In this document: positions 1-12,503 of the stretch, in pieces
Numbering within the stretch: the stretch's first letter is position 1
Layout: every line of letters starts with the position of its first letter
NCBI RefSeq assembly: GCF_030028105.1
Contig: NC_092398.1
Location: 28,614,424-28,678,423, forward strand
Source of the DNA: Mobula birostris
Lineage: Eukaryota
DNA: 64,000 nt
Direction of reading: 5' to 3'
The notes under the pieces: generated by a model
The model's input: the letters and a program-made list of their open reading frames with translations, nothing else
Told to the model about the DNA's origin: nothing
Databases searched by the model: none
Translations under genes and position numbers: made by a program

Positions 1-336
1 TCAAATGTAAATCCAGGAGCAGACTAGAAGTGGAACATGTAGATGATCTGATGAGGGCTCAGAAGTATCTTTCATCTGGATGTGAAATTAATCTGGATGA
101 CGTTTACAGGCAAAAGATTTGTAATAAAGACAGACAAGAGAAAGTTTATGAAACTAGCAAGATTTCCTTTGTTGTGCTGTATTTAATTATGCCCTTCAAT
201 TAATACATAAAATAAAATGTATGTGATTCTAAAAATGCAAACACGAGAAAATCTGCAGATGATGGAAATTCAAGCAACACACATCAAAGTTGCTGGTGAA
301 CGCAGCAGGCCAGGCAGCATCTATAGGAAGAGGTAC

Positions 337-372
337 AGTTGACGTTTCGGGCCGAGACCCTTCATCAGGACT
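337..372 (-). ncRNA. Minimal type I hammerhead ribozyme motif (Penelope-associated)
   Basis: Reverse complement reads AGTC-CTGATGA-A-GGG-TCTCGG-CCC-GAAAC-GTC-AACT. Core CUGANGA/GAAA, stem II and the palindromic ACGU stem III are intact; stem I has one mismatch. Confidence 0.7.
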
Positions 373-756
373 AACAGGAAAAAAAGAGATAGTAAGAGAT
401 TTGAAAGTGGGAGGAGGAGGGGGAGGGGGAGATCCGAAATGATAGGAGAAGACAGGAGGGGGAGGGATGAAGCCTAGAGCTGGGAGGTTGATTGGCAAAA
501 GGGATACAAGGCTGGAGAAGGGGGAGTATCATGGGACGGAAGCCCTTGAAAGAAAGCAGAAAAGGGAAGGGAGCACCAGAGGAAGATGAAGAACAAGCGC
601 CTGTAGTCTCCCTTCTCTAGCCTTGTATCCCTTTTGCCAATCAACCTCCCAGCTCTTGGCTTCATCCCTCCCCCTCCTGTCTTCTCCTATCATTTCGGGT
701 CTCCCCCTCCCCTCCCCCTCCCACTTTCAAATCTCTTACTACCTCTTTTTTCCGTT

Positions 757-792
757 AGTCCTGAAGAACGGTCTCGACCCGAAACGTCGACT
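757..792 (+). ncRNA. Minimal type I hammerhead ribozyme motif (Penelope-associated)
   Basis: AGTC-CTGAAGA-ACGG-TCTCGA-CCC-GAAAC-GTC-GACT. Stem I AGTC/GACT is perfect, the core and GUC triplet are intact, and stem II has one mismatch. Confidence 0.65.
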
Positions 793-1112
793 CTACCGCT
801 TCCTATAGATGCTGCCTGGCCTGCTGTGTTCCACCAGCATTTTGTGTGTGTTAAATGTATGTGATTGTTCAGTTTTCATTCTAAATATTCATAGTATGTT
901 ATTTACAAAAAAAAATTAAAGAGCTACGCAGTTTTCAGGACATGTAAAAATTTCCTGCTCAGAACAATGGTTGGTCCGTGCAGCTGTAAAAGATATTAGA
1001 GCGAGCTTTGCATCCAATTCACCCACCTGCCACCTCCATCCAGTGTACCTGAGTGCCCCCAATACCCTCTGCGGCCATCCAGCTGCCCACATCTCTGCAC
1101 CCACCCAACCAT

Positions 1113-4100
1113 CCCCATCTTCTGCAACTGTCTATCCCTCACCCCTCCCATCCTCTACAACTGTCTATCCCTCACCCCCATCCTCTACAACTGTCTATCC
1201 CTCACCCCCATCCTCTACAACTGTCTATCCCTCACCCCCATCCTCTACAACTGTCTATCCCTCATCCCTCCCATCCTCTACAACTGTCTATCCCTCACCC
1301 CTCCCATCCTCTACAACTGTCTATCCCTCACCCCTCCCATCCTCTACAACTGTCTATCCCTCACCCCTCCCATCCTCTACAACTGTCTATCCCTCACCCC
1401 TCCCATCCTCTACAACTGTCTATCCCTCACCCCTCCCATCCTCTACAACTGTCTATCCCTCACCCCTCCCATCCTCTACAACTGTCCATCCCTCACCCCC
1501 ATCCTCTACAACTGTCTATCCCTCACCCCTCCCATCCTCTACAACTGACTATCCCTCACCCCTCCCATCCTCTGCAACTTCCTATCCCTCACCCCTCCCA
1601 TCCTCTACAACTGACTATCCCTCACCCCTCCCATCCTCTACAACTGTCTATCCCTCACCCCCATCCTCTACAACTGTCTATCCCTCACCCCTCCCATCCT
1701 CTACAACTGTCTATCCCTCACCCCTCCCATCCTCTACAACTCTCTATCCCTCACCCCTCCCATCCTCTACAACTGTCTATCCCTCACCCCTCCCATCCTC
1801 TACAACTGTCTATCCCTCACCCCTCCCATCCTCTACAACTGTCCATCCCTCACCCCCATCCTCTACAACTGTCTATCCCTCACCCCTCCCATCCTCTACA
1901 ACTGTCTATCCCTCACCCCTCCCATCCTCTACAACTGACTATCCCTCACCCCTCCCATCCTCTACAACTGTCTATCCCTCACCCCTCCCATCCTCTACAA
2001 CTGTCTATCCCTCATCCCTCCCATCCTCTACAACTGTCTATCCCTCACCCCTCCCATCCTCTACAACTGTCCATCCCTCACCCCTCCCATCCTCTACAAC
2101 TGTCTATCCCTCACCCCTCCCATCCTCTACAACAGTCTATCCCTCACCCCTCCCATCCTCTGCAACTGTCTATCCCTCACCCCTCCCATCCTCTACAACT
2201 GTCTATCCCTCACCCCTCCCATCCTCTACAACTGTCCATCCCTCACCCCCATCCTCTACAACTGTCTATCCCTCACCCCTCCCATCCTCTACAACTGACT
2301 ATCCCTCACCCCTCCCATCCTCTGCAACTTCCTATCCCTCACCCCTCCCATCCTCTACAACTGACTATCCCTCACCCCTCCCATCCTCTACAACTGTCTA
2401 TCCCTCACCCCCATCCTCTACAACTGTCTATCCCTCACCCCTCCCATCCTCTACAACTGTCTATCCCTCACCCCTCCCATCCTCTACAACTCTCTATCCC
2501 TCACCCCTCCCATCCTCTACAACTGTCTATCCCTCACCCCTCCCATCCTCTACAACTGTCTATCCCTCACCCCTCCCATCCTCTACAACTGTCCATCCCT
2601 CACCCCCATCCTCTACAACTGTCTATCCCTCACCCCTCCCATCCTCTACAACTGTCTATCCCTCACCCCTCCCATCCTCTACAACTGACTATCCCTCACC
2701 CCTCCCATCCTCTACAACTGTCTATCCCTCACCCCTCCCATCCTCTACAACTGTCTATCCCTCATCCCTCCCATCCTCTACAACTGTCTATCCCTCACCC
2801 CTCCCATCCTCTACAACTGTCCATCCCTCACCCCTCCCATCCTCTACAACTGTCTATCCCTCACCCCTCCCATCCTCTACAACAGTCTATCCCTCACCCC
2901 TCCCATCCTCTGCAACTGTCTATCCCTCACCCCTCCCATCCTCTACAACTGTCTATCCCTCACCCCTCCCATCCTCTACAACTGTCCATCCCTCACCCCT
3001 CCCATCCTCTACAACTGTCTATCCCTCACCCCTCCCATCCTCTACAACTGTCTATCCCTCACCCCTCCCATCCTCTACAACTGTCCATCCCTCACCCCTC
3101 CCATCCTCTACAACTGTCTATCCCTCACCCCTCCCATCCTCTACAACTGTCTATCCCTTACCCCTCCCATCCTCTACAACTGTCTATCCTTCACCCCATC
3201 CTCTACAACTGTCTATCCTTCACCCCTCCCATCCTCTACAACTGTCCATCCCTCACCCCTCCCATCCTCTACAACTGTCTATCCCTCACCCCTCCCATCC
3301 TCTGCAACTTCCTATCCCTCACCCCTCCCATCCTCTACAACTGTCTATCCCTCACCCCTCCCATCCTCTACAACTGTCTATCCCTCACCCCTCCCATCCT
3401 CTACAACTGTCTATCCCTCACCCCTCCCATCCTCTACAACTGTCTATCCCTCACCCCTCCCATCCTCTACAACTGTCTATCCCTCACCCCTCCCATCCTC
3501 TACAACTGTCTATCCCTCACCCCTCCCATCCTCTACAACTGTCCATCCCTCACCCCTCCCATCCTCTACAACTGTCTATCCCTCACCCCTCCCATCCTCT
3601 ACAACTGTCTATCCCTCACCCCTCCCATCCTCTACAACTGTCTATCCCTCACCCCTCCCATCCTCTACAACTGTCTATCCCTCACCCCACCCATCCTCTA
3701 CAACTGTCTATCCCTCACCCCTCCCATCCTCTACAACTGTCTATCCCTCACCCCTCCCATCCTCTACAACTGTCTATCCCTCACCCCTCCCATCCTCTAC
3801 AACTGTCTATCCCTCACCCCTCCCATCCTCTACAACTGTCCATCCCTCACCCCTCCCATCCTCTACAACTGTCTATCCCTCACCCCTCCCATCCTCTACA
3901 ACTGTCTATCCCTCACCCCTCCCATCCTCTACAACTGTCTATCCCTCACCCTTCCCATCCTCTACAACTGTCTATCCCTCACCCCTCCCATCCTCTACAA
4001 CTGTCTATCCCTCACCCCTCCCATCCTCTGCAACTTCCTATCCCTCACCCCTCCCATCCTCTACAACTGTCCATCCCTCACCCCTCCCATCCTCTACAAC

Positions 4101-6705
4101 TGTCTATCCCTCACCCCTCCCATCCTCTACAACTGTCCATCCTTCACCCCTCCCATCCTCTACAACTGTCCATCCCTCATCCCTCCCATCCTCTACAACT
4201 GTCTATCCCTCACCCCTCCCATCCTCTACAACTGTCTATCCCTCACCCCTCCCATCCTCTACAACTGTCTATCCCTCACCCTTCCCATCCTCTACAACTG
4301 TCTATCCTTCACCCCTCCCATCCTCTACAACTGTCCATCCCTCACCCCTCCCATCCTCTACAACTGTCTATCCCTCACCCCTCCCATCCTCTGCAACTTC
4401 CTATCCCTCACCCCTCCCATCCTCTACAACTGTCTATCCCTCACCCCTCCCATCCTCTACAACTGTCTATCCCTCACCCCTCCCATCCTCTACAACTATC
4501 TGTCCCTCACCCCTCCCATCCTCTACAACTGTCTATCCCTCACCCCTCCCATCCTCTACAACTGTCTATCCCTCACCCCTCCCATCCTCTACAACTGTCT
4601 ATCCCTCACCCCTCCCATCCTCTACAACTGTCTATCCCTCACCCCTCCCATCCTCTACAACTGTCTATCCCTCACCCCCTCCCATCCTCTGCAACTGTCT
4701 ATCCCTCACCCCTCCCATCCTCTACAACTGTCCATTCCTCACCCCTCCCATCCTCTACAACTGTCCATCCCTCACCCCTCCCATCCTCTGCAACTGTCCA
4801 TCCCTCACCCCCATCCTCTACAACTGTCCATTCCTCACCCCTCCCATCCTCTACAACTGTCCATCCCTCACCCCTCCCATCCTCTACAACTTCCTATCCC
4901 TCACCCCTCCCATCCTCTACAACTGTCTATCCCTCACCCCTCCCATCCTCTGCAACTGTCCATCCCTCACCCCCATCCTCTACAACTGTCTATCCCTCAC
5001 CCCTCCCATCCTCTACAACTGTCTATCCCTCACCCCTCCCATCCTCTACAACTGTCTATCCCTCACCCCTCCCATCCTCTACAAGTGTCTATCCCTCACC
5101 CCTCCCATCCTCCACAACTGTCTATCCCTCACCCCTCCCATCCTCTACAACTGTCTATCCCTCACCCCTCCCATCCTCTACAACTGTCTATCCCTCACCT
5201 CTCCCATCCTCTACAACTGTCTATCCCTCACCCCTCCCATCCTCTACAACTGTCTATCCCTCACCCCTCCCATCCTCTACAACTGTCTATCCCTCACCCC
5301 TCCCATCCTCTACAACTGTCCATCCCTCACCCCTCCCATCCTCTGCAACTGTCTATCCCTCACCCCTCCCATCCTCTGCAACTGTCTATCCCTCACCCCT
5401 CCCATCCTCTGCAACTGTCTATCCCTCACCCCTCCCATCCTCTACAACTGTCTATCCCTCACCCCTCCCATCCTCTACAACTGTCTATCCCTCACCCCTC
5501 CCATCCTCTACAACTGTCTATCCCTCATCCCTCCCATCCTCTACAACTGTCTATCCCTCACCCCTCCCATCCTCTACAACTGTCCATCCCTCACCCCTCC
5601 CATCCTCTACAACTGTCTATCCCTCACCCCTCCCATCCTCTACAACTGTCTATCCCTCACCCCTCCCATCCTCTACAACTGTCTATCCCTCACCCCTCCC
5701 ATCCTCTACAACTGTCTATCCTTCACCCCTCCCATCCTCTACAACTGTCCATCCCTCACCCCTCCCATCCTCTACAACTGTCTATCCCTCACCCCTCCCA
5801 TCCTCTACAACTGTCTATCCCTCACCCCCATCCTCTACAACTGTCTATCCCTCACCCCTCCCATCCTCCACAACTGTCTATCCCTCACCCCTCCCATCCT
5901 CTACAACTGTCTATCCCTCACCCCTCCCATCCTCTACAACTGTCCATCCCTCACCCCTCCCATCCTCTGCAACTGTCCATCCCTCACCCCCATCCTCTAC
6001 AACTGTCTATCCCTCACCCCTCCCATCCTCTACAACTGTCTATCCCTCACCCCTCCCATCCTCTGCAACTTCCTATCCCTCACCCCTCCCATCCTCTACA
6101 ACTGTCTATCCCTCACCCCTCCCATCCTCTACAACTGTCTATCCCTCACCCCTCCCATCCTCTGCAACTGTCCATCCCTCACCCCCATCCTCTACAACTG
6201 TCTATCCCTCACCCCTCCCATCCTCTACAACTGTCTATCCCTCACCCCTCCCATCCTCTACAACTGTCCATCCCTCACCCCTCCCATCCTCTGCAACTGT
6301 CCATCCCTCACCCCCATCCTCTACAACTGTCTATCCCTCACCCCTCCCATCCTCTACAACTGTCTATCCCTCACCCCTCCCATCCTCTGCAACTTCCTAT
6401 CCCTCACCCCTCCCATCCTCTACAACTGTCTATCCCTCACCCCTCCCATCCTCTACAACTGTCTATCCCTCACCCCTCCCATCCTCTGCAACTTCCTATC
6501 CCTCACCCCTCCCATCCTCTACAACTGTCTATCCCTCACCCCTCCCATCCTCTACAACTGTCTATCCCTCACCCCTCCCATCCTCTACAACTGTCTATCC
6601 CTCACCTCTCCCATCCTCTACAACTGTCTATCCCTCACCCCTCCCATCCTCTACAACTGTCCATCCCTCATCCCTCCCATCCTCTACAACTGTCTATCCC
6701 TCATC
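1113..6705. repeat. 33-bp C-rich minisatellite array (~5.6 kb) with 30-bp variant units and higher-order structure
   Basis: Unit ccctcacccctcccatcctctacaactgtctat. Variants include loss of ctc, tgc/tac, tgtcca, tgact and ttcct. Diagnostic variants recur at an exact 750-bp offset (1541/2291, 1741/2491, 2131/2881). Confidence 0.98.
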
Positions 6706-7210
6706 CGCCCTTCACTACACCTGCCCCCCCCATCCCGAGTCAGCCAGGCACCGCTGATTGGCTGCCGCGTCTTCCCGCCAGACAGCCCACCCCCACCACC
6801 ACACTACTCCCTCCACCGGGCGCGCGCATCACCGCCGGCGGGCCGCTCGCGCTCCCCGGGCGCGCGCCATCACAGACGTCGGGCCAGTCGCGCTCCCGCC
6901 GGAGGCTTGGCTTGGGTGGAGGAGGAGGAGAGTGAGGTCGGTGGGCGGGCTGAATGGCGGCGGCGTCTCCTCCTCCTCCCGCCGCTCTTTTGCTTTCGGG
7001 ACGGTTTCTGCCATGGGTCGTTATCCCGCTGCTTGGGCGCTCCTCCTGCTCCTCCGCCCCTGTTCGGGGACGACCTACAAAGTGGCCGGTGAGTCGATTC
7101 CTGTCGCTGCGATCGCCGCCCGGTCAACTTGCTGTAAAGTTGTTGCTAAGGGTGGGATCTTGCTGAGTAGACGTCCCTGGGGTCATCAACCGTGTCTTGG
7201 GGTGGGGAGG
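6706..7210 (+). promoter_or_regulatory. CpG island / putative promoter of the WA gene with Y-box (inverted CCAAT) and GC boxes
   Basis: The only strongly CpG- and GC-rich non-repeat segment in the window, and it spans exon 1. CTGATTGGCT at 6754-6763 matches the MHC class II Y-box consensus; a GGGCGG box lies near 6943. Confidence 0.65.
7013..7088 (+). CDS. WA: MHC W-category alpha chain, exon 1 (signal peptide MGRYPAAWALLLLLRPCSGTTYKVA)
   Basis: GCCATGG Kozak context and a hydrophobic leader. The phase-1 donor G|GTGAGT at 7088/7089 is in frame with exon 2. Confidence 0.85.
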
Positions 7211-9899
7211 GCGGTAGCGTTCGGATCTTGCGAAGCACATTCTACTTGGCGTCTTGCTGGCTTGGTGTTAAACTACCTGGTTCGTCCAAACTTGGAAAAT
7301 TGTGTGAAGGATGGGAACCAAGTTTAATATCAAGATATTGAAATTGGGATGTGGAAGCTCGAGAAAAAGATGCACAGGAGATTTACCAGGATTAGAGATC
7401 AGGAGCAGACTAGGGCTTTTCTCTTTGAAGTGAAGGAGGATGAGAGGTGACTTGATAAAGGTGTACGAGATGACAAGAAACACCTATAGTGGAGTGGACA
7501 GTGGAAGACTTTGCCCCAGGGTGGCAATGGCTAACAGGAGGGGGCATACCTTTAAGGTGCGTAGAGGAAAATACAGGGGGAATGTCAGAGGTCGTATATT
7601 TAGGTGCGTAACCTGGCACTGCCAAGGTTGTCATTAGGGACATTTAACAGATCTTAGATACGCACATAGCTGACAGAATAATGGAAGCTGCTGTATGAGG
7701 GAAAGTTTGGATTGACCCTGGAGTAGATCAAGGGGTCGGCACAACAATGTGGACCAAAGAGCTGGGACTGCGATCTACTGTTCTATGCACATGGTTGGTG
7801 AGATCTTGCTGTGGGCGTGCAGGGATGGGGAGGGAGGAGTTGTGTTGTGGGATCTTGCCCTGCACCTGTTGGGTGGGGCCCGTACTATGGATTGAATGGG
7901 AATTTGTTTGATTGTGCCTTGCCCGTGTTGCATGGATGCTTGCCATGTGCAGACTGGATGGGGATTGTTGTCGTGTTATAGACTTGTACAACACACAACT
8001 GGACCCTTTTGCCCACCATGTGTTTGCTGACATTTTTTCCCATGTATGCTAATTCACCTCCCCCCCCCCCACATTAGGACCATATCCTGATGATACATGT
8101 ACTTTGAATATACTTATACACCTTGCCCCTTTACGTGTCTGTCCAAATACCTTTTAAAAATAATGATTGTGCCTATTTTCACAGCCTCCACTGGCAGCTC
8201 ATTCTAGATATCAACCATTCTTTATATAAGGAAAAAAAAGCGTACCCCTTCGGATCTCCTTTAAAACTCATTCCTTTCACTTGAAATCTGTGCCCTCTTG
8301 TTTCCATTGTGTATGGATTGGTTGGGATGTTGTTGTGTAACTGCTGAGTGGGATCTTGCCATGTACACAAGGTTGGAACTTGTCACAGAGTAGGATCATG
8401 TTTGTGCTTTGTGCATGTATGTAGATGGGTGAGTTATTTTTGGGTGAGTCATAAGACACACTACATAAAGAGCAGGGTAATTTCTCTCAATATCCCAAGG
8501 CCAATATTTCAAAAAGGATATTGTGCTTTCCCGGCATATATGACAAATAAATTCCTCTCGGGCTTCAATTGGTACCTGTATCTGGTTTGAAACCTGAGAA
8601 GAGTTGATTTGACAAATGATTTTGTTCTCAATTTCCTGTTTGTGCTCTATATCTCATGGCTCCCCTGTAGATCAAACATCTACCTTTATCTTAAATATAT
8701 TCAATGGCCCCGGCTCCTTAGCTCTCTGGAGTACAGAGAGTAGAAACTCCCAGCCCTCTTGAAAAGAATTCCTCATCTCCATTCTCAATGAGCAATACCT
8801 TATTTTGAAGCCGTGCAATCCAGATGTGAATTCCCTCAGGAAGCCCTGGTTGGATCACGCTTGAAGTATTGTGTTCAGTTCTGGCCGCCTTATTATAGGA
8901 AAGATGTGGAAGCTTTATACGGGGTGCAGAGGAGCTTTACTAGAATTTGAGAACATGTCTTATGAAAATAAGTTGAGCAAACTAGGGCTGTTCTCTTTTG
9001 AGACAAGGAAGACGACAGATGACTTGATAGAGTTGTACAAGATGGATGGGCAATTGATCTGCACCTTGTATTTTCACTTGCTTCATTCATGAGTTCAAGT
9101 CTTTTGTGTCATTCGATATGAGAGGTTAGTGGAGAATGGCCAGACTGGTTCAAGTCGACAGGAAGGCGACTAACTCAAATAACCATGTGTACCAACAGTG
9201 GTGTGTAGAAAGACATCTCTGAACACCCAACACGTCGAAACTTGAAGTGGATGGCACAGCAGAAGACCATGTACTTACACTCGGTGGTCACTGTATTAGG
9301 TACAGGAGATACCTAATAAAGTGGTCACTGAGGGTGAGTAGATGTTTGTGTGTGTCATGTTTAATGTCCATACTTAAGGTCCGGTCTCCAGTTGCATTGG
9401 AATTCCTCATCATTGACCAAGACCTCACTCTTGTCAACATCACGTGGCAAATGATGTACAAGAGCCACTCCACATTAAAAATATTCACAATCTGTAGTAG
9501 CATATCACCCTTAGCCTAAGAAGACATGATGGTAAAAAACATTGGTATAATGCAAGTAATTCTAAGATTCAAAGTACATTTATTATCAAAGTGTTTGTAC
9601 AGAATACGCTTGGGAGTGGACAACACATAGAATTTCAAACATCAAACCAGGGGTCTAGTAGTATTCAGTTCAGTGCCCTGCCGCTAGCTGGCTACAGGCT
9701 GCAGGGAAAAGCATTCTTTGCTAAGCGATGCAGATCGCATAGATTGCCCCGATCAAATCACTCAAAGGTAGCAAAAAAAGAGTAACCAGAATCCAGGGAC
9801 ATATGCCCAAAGCATGGCAACACTTGTGGCTGTCCAGCACAATCCTCGGACTGTGTTGGTAGTTGACATCAGTGACGCATTTCTCTGTATGTTTTCATT

Positions 9900-10375
9900 C
9901 AATTTTTAAATCTTTTTATTAATTATTATTGAAAATTGACAAAGAAAAATACATTAAAATAATCAAGTCAATATATCAATAGATATAATAAGAGTCAAAC
10001 TATTAACCAAACTAAATAGTATATCAACAATAATAATTAAAAAAAACAAAATGTTAAAGCTATTTTTTTTGAAAAAAGGAAGAAGGAAAAGAGAACCCCT
10101 ACTAACTAAAACAAAAAATCCCCAACAAACAACCAAAAAAAAACGAGAAAAAAAAACCCATTTGGAGCACAAACTCGGAGCTATACGCCATACAAGCTTC
10201 TATTAAAAAAAAGACATCAATCGGCCAACCAAATCCATTTACCCAAGAATCAGAAGGGAACCATCTTAATTAACTGAAATCAAATGATAGTAGCAGGCAA
10301 AGGAGCCCCACTTTTTCTCAAAAGTCAAATCGAGGATCAAAAGTTCGACTTCTGATATTTTCCAAACTAAGACCT
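9900..10375 (-). mobile_element. L1-like LINE 3' fragment in WA intron 1
   Basis: The minus strand encodes an ORF2 C-terminus-like stretch (SLENIRSRTFDPRFDF..KKWGSF), followed by a T-rich 3' UTR and AATAAA. Confidence 0.55.
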
Positions 10376-10739
10376 CTGTATGTTTTAATGTCTCAATGTA
10401 CATGTGACAAATAAAACTAATTTATATTGTTTACTTTTAATATCTGTTAGCTTCACCAAAGAGCATTTTACAGACATTAAATCTGCCCTCTCACATGCGA
10501 ACATCCAGCATTTTTCCTTGCTGAGTTGCAATGACTGCTTTGGTAGGGTCTGAGGAGGATTTGGGACTGTGAAACACAATAAGCACTCTGCACTCCGTGG
10601 CCACTTTATGAGGTACCTCCTGTACCTCCGGTACCTCATAAAGTGGCCACTGAGTATATGTTCATGGTGTTCTGCTGCTGCAGCTCATCCACTTCAAGGT
10701 TCAACATGCTGGCCTGAAACTCCTGTAATTTACCTATCG

Positions 10740-11195
10740 CAACACTAGGTCTACAGTGGAGACATTCTCACTGGCTCTCCACTCAGTCTTGCAGCACCTG
10801 GACATCAGCAATACCTACATCAGGCAGCTGTTTATTGATTGCAGCTCAGGGTTCAACACCATCATGTTCTCAGTACTAATCAACAAGCCCCAAAATCTGG
10901 GCCTCTGTACTTCCGTCCGCAGATGGATCTTTGACTTCCCATAGTCAATGCAGATTGGAAATAACATCTCCTTCTCACTGGCTCACTTCAAGGATGTTTG
11001 CTTAGCCCACTGCCCTACTCTACACCCACAACTGTGTGGTTAGGTACAGTTTAAATGCTACCTAGAAAAATTGCTGTTGACACAACTATTGTTGGCAGAA
11101 TTTTAGATGGCGGCAAGGAGGTGTACGTGATTGAGATAGATCAGTGGGTTGAGTGGTGTCGCAACAGCAACCTTGCACTCAATGTCACAAAGACA
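10740..11195 (+). mobile_element. Rex1/Babar-type LINE RT fragment
   Basis: Translates to TYIRQLFIDCSSGFNTI and WCRNSNLALNVTKT, typical of degenerate Rex/Babar RT. Confidence 0.65.
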
Positions 11196-11199
11196 AATT

Positions 11200-12320
11200 G
11201 CGTGTCTTACCCATGTACACCAAGGTCCATCTGTCCTTTGATACTCCCCACCATTCATAGTGTGTGTGTCCTACAATTGTGAAGTGAAATCCCATTGTCC
11301 CTTGACACTTAACGACATTCACTGTGTGTGTCCAACCCTTCTACAGTGAGGTCCCTCTGTTTCTTGATACTCTACACCATTGGTGGTGTGTGCCCTACCT
11401 TTGTATACCATCTGGCCCAGGATATTCCACATCATTCACGGTGTATGCCAACACCCTTGTACTGCCAACACTCTCTGAATCTCAACACTGCCCACTGTTC
11501 ACTATATGTCTCTTACCCTTGTACACCGAGGTCCCTCTTTCCCTCAATTCTCCACACCATTCATGATGTGTGTCCTACCCTCGAAGACCGAGGTCACTCT
11601 GTCTCTCGACTCTCCTCACCAGTCACATAGTCTCTCCGACCCTTGTACATAGAATTGCACTTGAACCCTGACCCTCCCCGCCACTCATGGTGTGTCTTTC
11701 CCTATACACTGTGATGCCTCTGTCCATGACAATCCCCACCATTCAATATGCATATCCTACACTTGTACACTAAGATCCCTCTATCCTTTGATATTCCCTA
11801 TAATAAACAGTGTTTGTCTTATCCTTCCAATGCACACAAAATGCTGGAGGAACTCAGCAGACCAGGCAGCATCTATGGAAAAAGTACAGGCGACATTTTG
11901 GGCCGAGACCCTTCAGAAGGACCCTTTATCCCTCTGCTATAAGGTATTGGCCTGAAACGACGACTGTACTATTTTCTATCGATGCTTGTTTGATTTTCTC
12001 TTGTTTGTCCTACGCTTGTACACCGAGATCCCTCTATCCCCCGACACTCCCTATCATAAACAGTGTTTGTCCCACCCTAAAACACTGAGGACCCTTTATC
12101 CCTCAGCACTCCCTAGTATAAACAGGGTTTGTCCCAGCCTTGGACATTGAGGTCTCCCGTCCCTTGACTTCCCACTACTTATGGATTTTGCCTTTTGGAT
12201 TTTGCCCTTGTACAGTGAAGTCTCACTATCCTTGGATACTCCCCATAGTTCACTCTGTGTGCAACCCTTCTACACCAAGGTTCCTCTGCTCCTGGATACT
12301 CCACACCAGTTACGACGTGT
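11200..12320. repeat. Degenerate ~62-bp minisatellite, split by a Penelope-tail insertion (~11825-12000)
   Basis: The motif ccttgtacaccgaggtccctct...ccattca recurs at ~62-bp spacing (11459, 11521, 11583, 11646; 12018, 12080, 12142). Confidence 0.75.
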
Positions 12321-12503
12321 GCCAGCTGAACCTCTTGACCATTTTTGCATGTTTTTATGCTGCCACATGATTGGCTAATAAGATATTTATGTTAATGAGT
12401 ACATATACCTAATGTGGCCACTGAGTGTTGTTTAAACATTAGTTGCAAAAACTGACAATGTGATTAAAAGTGTTCTTTTACAATAATCTTTTTATCCTTT
12501 CAG

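Larger units (their letters stand above)
229..852. mobile_element. Inverted pair of Penelope-like pLTR/3' ends inserted as one unit
   Basis: A minus-orientation copy (229-~600) is followed by a plus-orientation copy (~605-852) of the same tail seen on the Penelope at 26650-27003. The unit is flanked by the exact 14-bp direct repeat aaatgtatgtgatt (215-228 and 853-866). Confidence 0.8.
1..1010 (+). mobile_element. hAT DNA transposon 3' fragment (interrupted by Penelope unit 229-852)
   Basis: The frame starting at nt 3 reads KCKSRSRLEVEHVDDLMRAQ..INLDDVYRQ, resembling the hAT C-terminal dimerisation region. The end near 996-1010 (ttagagcgagctttg) resembles a degenerate hAT TIR. Confidence 0.5.

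Noticed and set aside
1113-6705. CRISPR array (33-bp repeat)
   Set aside because: Units are head-to-tail with no unique spacers; the context is eukaryotic and there are no cas genes.
971-6935. 1928-aa and 1960-aa ORFs as mucin-like genes
   Set aside because: They are translations of a 33-bp minisatellite that lacks stops in all plus-strand frames. They have non-ATG starts, no signal peptide or non-repeat domain, and switch repeat frame mid-ORF.
6758-7327. 189-aa ORF as a single-exon gene
   Set aside because: It has a non-ATG start in GC-rich DNA. It is the frame of WA exon 1 read through the splice donor into CR1 sequence.
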